A stretch of DNA of 27,912 nt from IMG/VR virus record IMGVR_UViG_3300020043_005946, positions 1-27,912 of that record; one strand, written 5' to 3'. The position numbers and the translations under genes are program-made. Within the stretch, counting starts at the first letter, position 1. Each line of letters starts with the position of its first letter. The notes beneath the pieces are model-generated. The model saw only the letters and a program-made list of their open reading frames with translations. It was not told where the DNA came from and did not search any database. This DNA is from a virus. Lineage: Duplodnaviria > Caudoviricetes. Positions 15,807 through 24,831 of the stretch are shown piece after piece.

Positions 15807-16688
15807 ATGTCATTAACTATTGACCAATTCTATCCAATTCAATACCAAACAGGTGTTGATCTTGCTCTTCAACAGCTTGATTCCCGTCTTCAAAGTGCAG
15901 TTTCTCGCGCCGACTTTATCGGTAAGAAAAAGGCATTTAACCTCATGAATAGCCGTGCTGCTACTCTTATCTCGTCACGTAAACAGTCTACTCCAAACAA
16001 TGATACATCTATGGACAAGTACTGGCTTACACAAAACCCATATGAAATTACTGAAACATTTGATGAAAACGATGAATTCTTCCTTTCACAAATCTCTCTT
16101 CCAACTTCTGAAGTTGTAATGAACTTTGCTTCAAGCTTTAATCGTACAATGGACTCTACTGTAATCGGTGCTCTTTCTGGTACTCGTTATATTGGTGAAG
16201 ATGGTACTACTTCTGATGTTCTTCCTGATACACAAAAAATCGCAATCAACTATGTTGAAAGTGGTTCTGCTGTAAACAGTGGTCTTACAATCGGTAAACT
16301 TCGTCAAGCTTCTTATGTTCTTGACAGTTCAAATGTTCCTATGGACGAGCGTTATATTGTGATTGGCCCTGCTCAAAAACGTGACTTGCTTCGTGCTGGT
16401 GAAGTTGGTGATGCAGATTACAACACTGTTCGTGCTCTTGTAAATGCAGAAATTGATACCTTCATGGGCTTCAAATTCGTTCACACAACTCTTATCCCTG
16501 CTGGTGTTGGTACACAACCTGTGTATGCATTCCACAAATCAGGTGTTAAACTCTCTGTTGGTAAGCGTGCTTCTTACATGGATATTCGCCCTGATCTTCG
16601 TCACTCTCTCACAGTTCGTTCCGTAATGGACATTGGTGCTGTAAGAACAGAAAACGAAAAAGTGGTACAAATCGCTTGCGCTATCTAA
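15807..16688 (+). CDS. Major capsid protein
   Basis: LQQLDSRL, R.MD..I.AL.G, DYNTVRALVNAEIDTFMGFKF, GAVRTE..KVVQI; highly biased codons; flanked by terminators. Confidence 0.9.
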   Translation: MSLTIDQFYPIQYQTGVDLALQQLDSRLQSAVSRADFIGKKKAFNLMNSRAATLISSRKQSTPNNDTSMDKYWLTQNPYEITETFDENDEFFLSQISLPTSEVVMNFASSFNRTMDSTVIGALSGTRYIGEDGTTSDVLPDTQKIAINYVESGSAVNSGLTIGKLRQASYVLDSSNVPMDERYIVIGPAQKRDLLRAGEVGDADYNTVRALVNAEIDTFMGFKFVHTTLIPAGVGTQPVYAFHKSGVKLSVGKRASYMDIRPDLRHSLTVRSVMDIGAVRTENEKVVQIACAI

Positions 16689-16696
16689 TCTGATCT

Positions 16697-16730
16697 AAAA
16701 AAGGGGTTGGAAATTCCAGCCCCTTTTTTT
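16697..16730. terminator. Intrinsic terminator
   Basis: A6-GGGGTTGG-aaatt-CCAGCCCC-T7. Confidence 0.88.
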
Positions 16731-16751
16731 ATAATTTAACAACTAAAATTT

Positions 16752-17003
16752 ATGCCTCAATATTCAAACGAAATAGTATTTGGTAAAGCTGAACCGGGAG
16801 CAGGTAATTATGAAGCAGTTTATTCTGTATCATTTGCATCAGCTTTTCCAGATGGTGATACAACTGCTAATCAAGGTTTAAGTGCAATTAAATTGCTCCA
16901 GCGTTTTGCTGATGTAATTGCGCTTTCAGGTGCTACAAATAGTGCTGCAATTTCTGCTGCTGTCAATGGACTTGATGGCCTCGGTTATGCAACTAACTCT
17001 TAA
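16752..17003 (+). CDS. Small virion protein (possible capsid decoration)
   Basis: 83 aa, Ala/Gly-rich, between capsid and adaptor genes. Confidence 0.5.
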   Translation: MPQYSNEIVFGKAEPGAGNYEAVYSVSFASAFPDGDTTANQGLSAIKLLQRFADVIALSGATNSAAISAAVNGLDGLGYATNS

Positions 17004-17022
17004 TCTCCTTTAAAACTAATCT

Positions 17023-17057
17023 AAAAAAGACTCACTAGAAATGGTGAGTCTTTTTTT
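17023..17057. terminator. Intrinsic terminator
   Basis: A6-GACTCACTA-gaaa-TGGTGAGTC-T7. Confidence 0.85.
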
Positions 17058-17090
17058 ATTGATTATTTTTATAAATACATAAGTATCTTT

Positions 17091-17894
17091 ATGACAAAAA
17101 CGCAAATAGCAAATTTAGCAATAAGCCATATAGGAGGAAGATTACTCACAGACGTTGACTCTGACTCTACACAAGAAGCAATTATTATTAGAGCATGGTT
17201 TGATGCAGCGCGTGATGAATTTCTTCGCTCATATCCATGGAACTTTTCAACAAAACGTAGTAGACTTACAACAACTGTTGATAATGTTTCAGGTGTAACA
17301 AACGTTGGTGGATTATTTAATATTCAAACAACAACAGTTCATTCACTCTCAACAAATGATCGTGTTTCAGTAGAAAATGCAGATGGAAACACTTCAGTTA
17401 ATGGCAAATGGTATATTACTGTAAGCGATAATCGTAATTTCCAATTACAAGATTCTCAATATAGTATTGGATATTCTGGTGGCGCACAATGGTCACAAGC
17501 ACCAACAAGTGAGTTTGATTATATGTATAGTGTTCCATCTGATTTTGAAAGAATAATTTATGTAGAACATGTAGAAGAACCATTTGTATTAGAAAGAGGT
17601 AAAATTTTATGTAATATAGATAAACCTATTATAAAATATGTAGCAAGTAATTCAGATTATAGTTCATGGCCTCAAGATGCAATTAATGCACTTTCTTATC
17701 TTTTAGGTTCTTATATTGCACAAAGTATTAATGGACCTGCGGGAGACAATCTTAAATTAAGAGATGTTTATGAAAAAATCGCATTACCACAAGCTAAATT
17801 CCGTGACGCAAAAGAAATGCGTGAGAAAGTAATTGATCGTGACCAATACAGCGAAGTAGTTCAAAGTAGAACTGTTAACTGGACTAGTTTCTAA
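17091..17894 (+). CDS. Tail adaptor (tail tubular protein A-like) with inserted beta domain
   Basis: IANLAISHIG, RDEFLRSYPWNFSTKR, Y.Y.VPSDF; synteny. Confidence 0.82.
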   Translation: MTKTQIANLAISHIGGRLLTDVDSDSTQEAIIIRAWFDAARDEFLRSYPWNFSTKRSRLTTTVDNVSGVTNVGGLFNIQTTTVHSLSTNDRVSVENADGNTSVNGKWYITVSDNRNFQLQDSQYSIGYSGGAQWSQAPTSEFDYMYSVPSDFERIIYVEHVEEPFVLERGKILCNIDKPIIKYVASNSDYSSWPQDAINALSYLLGSYIAQSINGPAGDNLKLRDVYEKIALPQAKFRDAKEMREKVIDRDQYSEVVQSRTVNWTSF

Positions 17895-17905
17895 TATATA
17901 ATTTT

Positions 17906-20900
17906 ATGCCAGATTTACACACTTTTGTTAATCAAATGAATGGTGGAGAAATGTCTCCACAAATGGACGGACGTGTTGATATTGAAAAATATCAAACAGG
18001 TGCGCGTGTTCTTGAAAATTTTATTGTTCGTCCTTATGGGGGAATTTATAAAAGACCAGGAACAGATTATATCAATATGACTCACGCAAGTAATATTGCA
18101 CGTTTATTACCTTTTGAATCTACTGAAGGTTCATATCAATTAGAATTTGGTCCTGCTGATGTTGACTTTCCTGAACCTGATGATATAGGAAATCTTAGAA
18201 TTTGGAATACTTATGATCCTAATACTGGAAAACCTTATCTTGTAAGTTATGATTTATTAACAGATGTCTCTCATCCAACAAGAACTATTGATGATTATTA
18301 TAATACATGGGCATCATATGATGATACTACAGGAACTTCTCTTACTGCTGGTTGGACTTCTGGAGTTAATTTTTTAAGTGGTCAAGGTATTTTCTTTAAT
18401 GATAACCTTTTTATTGCAACAACAAATCATACATCAGAATTATCAACTGCACCAGCAAGTGGAAGTGATTGGAGTGATTATTGGAGCGAATTTTCATACG
18501 AAGCAGGCGATATAGTTTATTGGAATCTTGAAGGCGGTATACAAAAAGGTTATAAAGCACTTCAATCTACATCACAATTTTTATCATCAGAATCGCTTAT
18601 GATGGCAAATACTGCAATTTGGGAAAATCTTTTAGAATTCCCATTTGTTAATTTTAGTACACCTTATAAATATAGTGATGATTTAAATAAAATACAAATT
18701 TGCGCTATAAATGACGTTGTATTTTTTGCACATCCTGATTATCCACCTAAAAAGTTAACTAGAATAACAAATACTAAATGGACTTTTGAAGATGTTGAAT
18801 GGGATTTTGCACCAACTCTTGATGTAAACGACACTACAAATATTTTACAATTACAATTTGACGAACCGTATTGGACAGATAATAATCAATATTATATCGG
18901 AAATCGTGTTACAGTTTTAGATTCTTTATCTAATACATTCATTTATACATGTAATACTACTCACGTTTCTAATTCTGCTAGTAATAATACAGGAATACCA
19001 GGAAGAGCAACTAATTGGAGAAATTATTGGAATTACGGAACATCAAAATCCAAATATAAAGAATGGGCTGAAAATATTTCTTATAAAGTTGGTACAGAAG
19101 TAACTTATCAGAATGTGATATATCGTTGTATTAAAGATCATGTATCACTTAAAACTATTGTAGGTGGTGGTCTTACTCTTGGAGGAGATACTGAACCTAC
19201 TAGAGGTAAAAAATGGACATCTTTTTGGAAAAAACCAACATCAGCAACTAATATTAGAAATGTAAAAACTATACTAAATTCAAGTGAAGATTTTTTCACA
19301 TCTTCTTCTGTAGGTGAAACATTTCAATTAAATATTACTCCTGAAAAATATTATTTAAAATTAGGTTTAGCTGGAACTGCTAATACTGAAATAAAATTAT
19401 CTGAATCAGATTATCTTTTTGTTCAAGGTTCATATCTTGTTCTTTCAAATTGGTTTGTTAGAGAAGCACCAAAAGGAATGTATGTTCTTGAAGAAAGTTT
19501 AGATAGAGAAACATGGACTGTTGCACAACAATGGTTAATTGATTCTGTATCAGATTCTAATATAAATTATACAGGAGAAGCGCCAAGTACAGGTGCATGG
19601 TATAGATTTACAGGAACACGTTATACTACTAATGATACATTATTTCGATTAACGTTAGAACCTCTTGATTTTACTTTAAAATTACCTTTTAAAGTAACAT
19701 CTGTAGAAAATTCAAAAACAGCAAAAGGAGTAATAAAACTTTTTAATGATCAAATGCTTCCTGCTGCAATAATTGGAAAAGAAACTGCTTCTTATAATAG
19801 AGCAGCATTTTCTGAAAGAACTGGTTATCCATCTACTGTTGCATTCCATGAAAATCGTTTATGGTGGGCTGGAGTAAAAACACAACCAGGACGTATTTGG
19901 GGAAGTCAAAAAGATGATTATTATATCTATCTTATTGGAACAAAAGCAACTGATGCACTTGATATTACTCTTCAAAGTACAAATACTAGTCGTATTCTTT
20001 GGCTTAAATCTTATAATAAATCACTTGTAGCAGCTACGGGACTAGAAATATTTACAGTTGACGCTGGTGAAGGCGATGCTCAAATCTCTTCAACTAATAT
20101 TCGTGCAAGAGCGCGTGCATCAATTGGTGCATGTAATATTCCCGGAGTTGCGACAGCGGATTCTTTATTATATTTCCAAAACGGTAAACGTAAACTTCGT
20201 GAATTATCATATAACTTTTCACGCGATGCGTGGGATACACCTGATATGACAATTTATGCAGAACATTTAGCTGAATTAGAAGGATTTACTGAAATTTCTT
20301 ATATGAATGCTCCTGAACCTGTTTTATGGTGTATTACTTGGGATGGAAGTCTTGTTGGATTTTCATACGATAGAGCACAAAATATTACAGCATGGCATCG
20401 TCATATTACTGGTGATCGTAATGCATATTATAATAGAACTCCTGAAGGTACTTTTAGATCTGTATCTGTTGTAAATGGTATAGGTAATAAAGCTGATGAA
20501 GTATGGTTTGTTTGTGGTAGAAGTAATGGATATACTATTGAAAGATTTAATCCTGGAATGTTTAATTTCATTTATGGTGATTCAACAGTTGCACAACTTA
20601 ATGATTTTTGGAGATTTTCTGATTGTGCAGTAACATTAACTGAGCGTAGCGTATTAGAAAATCCTAATAGAACATATTATTATGCTAGTAATTATTATCC
20701 AAGTTATATTTTAAAAGACATTCCTACTAGTGGTAAAAAAGTTTATAATTTTACAGATTCATTATCATCTGGAGTTGTTAACTCTGGAGTTGCACAATTA
20801 AGTTCTGCTTATGGTCTTGTGTTTAACGGCACTATACCTAATATAGTTCCCGGTATACTTGGTGAATTTCGTCCAACATTAGGAATTCCAGTTTTCTCTG

Positions 20901-21298
20901 TTTATGTTCCTAATCGTTTTGAAGTTCAATTACAAAATGGAACTTCACAAGGTCGTAAATTTAGTATTAATCGTATGGCATTTCGTAACTGGAAAAGCGA
21001 TGGTGGTAAATTCAATGTTTATAACAGTTTTCAAACATCTTTAGTAGATGGCGTAACTGCATTAGAAATGAAACCATCACCAAATGATTCTTATACAAAT
21101 ATTAATTACAGTAATTATAATTTTAATATTCAAACAAATCGTCAAAATACTCCCGAATATCTTTACAGTGGTCAAACAGATGATCAAACTGTAAACATGA
21201 GTTGGAGCGAAAATCCTTTAATTGCAATTGTTCATGATGATCAAACACCATTTAATTTAACTGGTATTGTTTATAAATTTCAAGTACAAGGCAACTAA
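17906..21298 (+). CDS. Tail nozzle (tail tubular protein B/stabilisation protein) with CBM-like inserts
   Basis: GGEMSP.M.GR.D..Y, GGIYKRPGT, HPDYPP..L.R, YPSTVAFHENRLWW, TAWHRH. Confidence 0.88.
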   Translation: MPDLHTFVNQMNGGEMSPQMDGRVDIEKYQTGARVLENFIVRPYGGIYKRPGTDYINMTHASNIARLLPFESTEGSYQLEFGPADVDFPEPDDIGNLRIWNTYDPNTGKPYLVSYDLLTDVSHPTRTIDDYYNTWASYDDTTGTSLTAGWTSGVNFLSGQGIFFNDNLFIATTNHTSELSTAPASGSDWSDYWSEFSYEAGDIVYWNLEGGIQKGYKALQSTSQFLSSESLMMANTAIWENLLEFPFVNFSTPYKYSDDLNKIQICAINDVVFFAHPDYPPKKLTRITNTKWTFEDVEWDFAPTLDVNDTTNILQLQFDEPYWTDNNQYYIGNRVTVLDSLSNTFIYTCNTTHVSNSASNNTGIPGRATNWRNYWNYGTSKSKYKEWAENISYKVGTEVTYQNVIYRCIKDHVSLKTIVGGGLTLGGDTEPTRGKKWTSFWKKPTSATNIRNVKTILNSSEDFFTSSSVGETFQLNITPEKYYLKLGLAGTANTEIKLSESDYLFVQGSYLVLSNWFVREAPKGMYVLEESLDRETWTVAQQWLIDSVSDSNINYTGEAPSTGAWYRFTGTRYTTNDTLFRLTLEPLDFTLKLPFKVTSVENSKTAKGVIKLFNDQMLPAAIIGKETASYNRAAFSERTGYPSTVAFHENRLWWAGVKTQPGRIWGSQKDDYYIYLIGTKATDALDITLQSTNTSRILWLKSYNKSLVAATGLEIFTVDAGEGDAQISSTNIRARARASIGACNIPGVATADSLLYFQNGKRKLRELSYNFSRDAWDTPDMTIYAEHLAELEGFTEISYMNAPEPVLWCITWDGSLVGFSYDRAQNITAWHRHITGDRNAYYNRTPEGTFRSVSVVNGIGNKADEVWFVCGRSNGYTIERFNPGMFNFIYGDSTVAQLNDFWRFSDCAVTLTERSVLENPNRTYYYASNYYPSYILKDIPTSGKKVYNFTDSLSSGVVNSGVAQLSSAYGLVFNGTIPNIVPGILGEFRPTLGIPVFSVYVPNRFEVQLQNGTSQGRKFSINRMAFRNWKSDGGKFNVYNSFQTSLVDGVTALEMKPSPNDSYTNINYSNYNFNIQTNRQNTPEYLYSGQTDDQTVNMSWSENPLIAIVHDDQTPFNLTGIVYKFQVQGN

Positions 21299-21306
21299 GT
21301 ATATTT

Positions 21307-21726
21307 ATGATTAAAATTCGTAAATTTGATTCCGAAAAAGATTTCGATAGTGTTAATAGCTGGTGTTTAAGTCGCAAAGAAAAGCACTTAAACACCGCTT
21401 TAATTCCTCCAACAGCTTATATAGCATCTGAAAATGATATAGACATTCTTTTTATTTCTGTTTATTTTATTCTTGATGTTCCTATAATTATGCTTGATAA
21501 TTTTATTACAAATCCAAGTGGTAATTATTGGAAAATGAAAAGATGTTGGAAAGTAATGTTTGATTTTATTAAGAATCTAATAACCAATGTAGAAGAATTA
21601 TCTCATAAAAAATATAGCGTTATTCAATGCACTGCGGATTCTCGCCTTGTTAAAATGATGAATAAAATAGATAAATCTTGGATAATTTTAAACGGAAATT
21701 TATCTCCGTGTTTATATAACCTATAA
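21307..21726 (+). CDS. GNAT-like hypothetical protein (T7 gp13-like position)
   Basis: IKIRKFDSEKDFDSV..W, P.TAYIA, FITNP; synteny after nozzle. Confidence 0.5.
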   Translation: MIKIRKFDSEKDFDSVNSWCLSRKEKHLNTALIPPTAYIASENDIDILFISVYFILDVPIIMLDNFITNPSGNYWKMKRCWKVMFDFIKNLITNVEELSHKKYSVIQCTADSRLVKMMNKIDKSWIILNGNLSPCLYNL

Positions 21727-21776
21727 ATGATAAATACATTTATGAATTTAAATTTTAAAAAGGAGGACTTTAAAAT

Positions 21777-22355
21777 ATGCCAGATTGGGTAATCTATGGT
21801 GCTATAGCTGCAAGCGTTATTGCATCTGCTGCTCAAGGTGTTGTTTCGTATCAACAAGCTGGTGAGCAAGCAAAACAAAGTGAATATAATGCAGAAGCAG
21901 AAGCAAAAGCATTAAGTCAAGAAGCTAATCGTCAGCAAATGGAATTCGAAGAGAATCGTCGTCGTACAGCATTTGCTCAACGTCGTGCTCGTTCTGAACA
22001 ACTTTCACAAATAGCTGGTTCTGGTATTTTACCAGGAACTGGAACTGCTCTTGCTCTTGAAGCAGATACTTGGAATCAACAACAACGTGAATTAGCTGAT
22101 CAAAGCTACATGAATCAACTTACACAACGTCAATTAAATTATCAGGCTGGAACTGCTCTTGAACTTGGTAAACAACAAGCAAGTCAATATCGTGGTCAAC
22201 GTGCTGGTATAGTTATTGGAACTGTTGGAAATATTGCTGGTAGTATGTCATCATTAGGTGGTGGAGGCGGAGGAGGAACTGCAAAGCCTTCTGAATTAGG
22301 TAGTACATCTATGAAAGGTGGTAATGTTGTTTCAGCAAGACCTTCTGGTGTATAA
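21777..22355 (+). CDS. Internal virion (ejection) protein, T7 gp14-like
   Basis: Hydrophobic N-terminus, Q/A-rich coiled coil, AGSGI...GT.L, Gly-rich tail; AAGGAGG upstream. Confidence 0.72.
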   Translation: MPDWVIYGAIAASVIASAAQGVVSYQQAGEQAKQSEYNAEAEAKALSQEANRQQMEFEENRRRTAFAQRRARSEQLSQIAGSGILPGTGTALALEADTWNQQQRELADQSYMNQLTQRQLNYQAGTALELGKQQASQYRGQRAGIVIGTVGNIAGSMSSLGGGGGGGTAKPSELGSTSMKGGNVVSARPSGV

Positions 22356-22376
22356 TAAATTTTATAAATACTAAAA

Positions 22377-24797
22377 ATGGCAACAATTTCATTATACAAC
22401 AGACCAGAACTTTTACGCAGTGGTAATCAAACATTGCGTCCTGCACAATTTCAATTAGCTGACTCTGGTTTAGCAAGTGGCTTAGGTCAAATTGCTAAAA
22501 TATCAGCTAATATTGCTTCTGATTTAAATCAAAAAGCACAAAAAGCAGAAGATTCAACAACATTAATAAATCTTGATCGTGATTTAACAGAAACCAATTT
22601 AACTTTGAGTAAATGGCAAATGGAAAATTCTAATAACGGTCAAATCATGAAAGATGGTTCAAGTTTATGGGAAACTAAAACTCGCGAAACTTATGATAAT
22701 CTTATGAGTCGTTATAATGATATTAACATGACACCTGAAACTCGTCAACGTGTTAATACAATTATTAATCATCATGCTGGAAATGCTATTACATCATCAT
22801 GGGCAGGTGGTATTAAACAAATTGGTAATAATTTTGACTCTGAGTTTAATACATCATTAACTAATATAGAACAAAATGGTGATGGCACTATTGCACGTTT
22901 AAGTGTTGATACTGCACGTTCTGGTGGTGTAATAAATGATTCACAAAGTAATGCTCGTCTTCAAGCAATTAAACTTGCAGAAAACCGTTTTAAATTAAAT
23001 TCTATTAATACACAAGCAAAAACATTAATCGAAACTGCTGCATTTGATCCAAATAATTATGACAAAGCAAAAGGTTTATATAAAACTGCATTTGAATCTA
23101 ATTTAATTACAAAAGATGAATATAATGCTCAAGTTTCTAATATTGATTACAAATTTCAATATAATGATAAATTAAGTAAATTTAATGTTGATTTAGAAAA
23201 AGATCCTGTTTCTGCTAACAATGCTTTAAATAGAACAACAGTAAGTCAAGAAACTGGAACAAATTATTTAGATTTTATTAAAAATGTAGAAGGTTTTACT
23301 CCTACATCAACTTGGGATTATGCTCAGTTTTCTGTTGGTTATGGAACTCGCGGAAAAGAAGGTGAAACTTTAACAAAAGAACAAGCAGATATACGTTTAA
23401 GAGAAGAATTAAAAACTCATGAAAAACGTGTTGATGAATTAGCAAAACAATCTAATTTAACTTTAAATCCTAATCAACGTGCTGCATTAATTTCATACGA
23501 TTTTAATACAGGAAGAGTTGAAGGAGTATTTAAACGTGCAAATGGTAATCCATCTAATATTGGTTCTGCTATTCGTAGTGGTATTAAAACTGCTGATGGA
23601 AAAGAATTAAAAGGATTAGTAAATCGTCGTAATGCAGAAGCAGATTTAGCAGATTCAGGTGTAACTACTGGAATTTCTAGAGGTGAATATGCTTGGATGA
23701 GTCCTGTTGATTATGAAAAAGCTAAAATAGCTTCTGGTGCTGCTGTTGCTAAAAAAGCATCTGACTCGTTTAACACTCTTAAAAATTCTATTGATTTAAA
23801 TCAAGTTCTTCCTGATGCATTTGCAGTAGGAACAAACGCAGTTCCACTTTCAAAAGCATTAGAAAACCCAAACTATAGTGCATTAAATTCTTCTGATAAT
23901 GAAGATATTAAGCTTATGAAAAAAGCTTTATTAGCATATGGTGATAATAAAGCTAATAAATTAATGACTAATAATACTATGGTTTATGAAGAAATGATTG
24001 GTCGTATTTCAGCTTATGATCCATCTAAAGATCCAAATGGTTTAAAATATGTTGCTATTAGTAGCATGATTTCATCTGGTTTTGTAGATGCTCCACAAAA
24101 ACAATTACAAGAACGTCTTGATAAACAAAAAGAAACAGGAGTTGATTATCAATTTAATAAAGTTGGTTCTGATGCAATTAATGCATTAAATAAACGTGCA
24201 TTTGATGAACAAGTGTTTGGTGAATTCCGTAAAGTTAATCTTGTAGAAGTTCAAGACGAAGATCGTAAGATTTATCCAGAAGATATTAAAGCAAATACTC
24301 TTTTTATGCTTCCTGATCCTAATAATCCAAATGCAACAGTTCGTCGTGTTCCAACACAAGCTGATATTGATGCAGGTGTTAGAACAGGAACAAAACGTTT
24401 TGTAATTCCTGTAAAATCAAATTCAGTATCATTTTTAAAATATACAGGTGAAGATTCTGCACCTAAATTAATTGAACTTAAAAAAGATGAATGGGAAAAA
24501 GTTGGTGTCACACCAGTTTATGATGAAGATCTTAATGCTAAATCAATTATTACTGATAAAGTAAAAAATATTCGTGAAATTATTGAAAAAGAAGTTCGTG
24601 AAGGAAAAATTAAGAATAGTGAAGATGCAATTAAACGTATGAATGCATTAACAAGTGGATTAGTTAACATTCCATCTCCTGTTAATATGTCATCTGCAAC
24701 TGTTTCACCTCCAACTACTTCTACAACAATTCAATCTCCAAGAGCTGCAAAAAATAAATTAGAGTTAGCAAGAGACAGATTACGATTAGCAAAATAA
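22377..24797 (+). CDS. Internal virion protein with embedded GH24 lysozyme domain
   Basis: FIKNVEGF....WD...SVGYG, LNPNQRAALISYDFNTG and LKGLVNRRNAE at about 23265-23650. Confidence 0.82.
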   Translation: MATISLYNRPELLRSGNQTLRPAQFQLADSGLASGLGQIAKISANIASDLNQKAQKAEDSTTLINLDRDLTETNLTLSKWQMENSNNGQIMKDGSSLWETKTRETYDNLMSRYNDINMTPETRQRVNTIINHHAGNAITSSWAGGIKQIGNNFDSEFNTSLTNIEQNGDGTIARLSVDTARSGGVINDSQSNARLQAIKLAENRFKLNSINTQAKTLIETAAFDPNNYDKAKGLYKTAFESNLITKDEYNAQVSNIDYKFQYNDKLSKFNVDLEKDPVSANNALNRTTVSQETGTNYLDFIKNVEGFTPTSTWDYAQFSVGYGTRGKEGETLTKEQADIRLREELKTHEKRVDELAKQSNLTLNPNQRAALISYDFNTGRVEGVFKRANGNPSNIGSAIRSGIKTADGKELKGLVNRRNAEADLADSGVTTGISRGEYAWMSPVDYEKAKIASGAAVAKKASDSFNTLKNSIDLNQVLPDAFAVGTNAVPLSKALENPNYSALNSSDNEDIKLMKKALLAYGDNKANKLMTNNTMVYEEMIGRISAYDPSKDPNGLKYVAISSMISSGFVDAPQKQLQERLDKQKETGVDYQFNKVGSDAINALNKRAFDEQVFGEFRKVNLVEVQDEDRKIYPEDIKANTLFMLPDPNNPNATVRRVPTQADIDAGVRTGTKRFVIPVKSNSVSFLKYTGEDSAPKLIELKKDEWEKVGVTPVYDEDLNAKSIITDKVKNIREIIEKEVREGKIKNSEDAIKRMNALTSGLVNIPSPVNMSSATVSPPTTSTTIQSPRAAKNKLELARDRLRLAK

Positions 24798-24831
24798 ATT
24801 ATAAATATATTGTTCTGATATAAATACAATT

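Noticed and set aside
21742-21792. Programmed -1 frameshift joining the uORF to the gp14-like gene
   Set aside because: Stop in the -1 frame at 21771-21773 and no slippery heptamer after it
1493-24826. TAAATA as an archaeal TATA box or eukaryotic virus late promoter
   Set aside because: Position is about -10 rather than -26; peptidoglycan hydrolases, intrinsic terminators and podophage virion genes indicate a bacterial host
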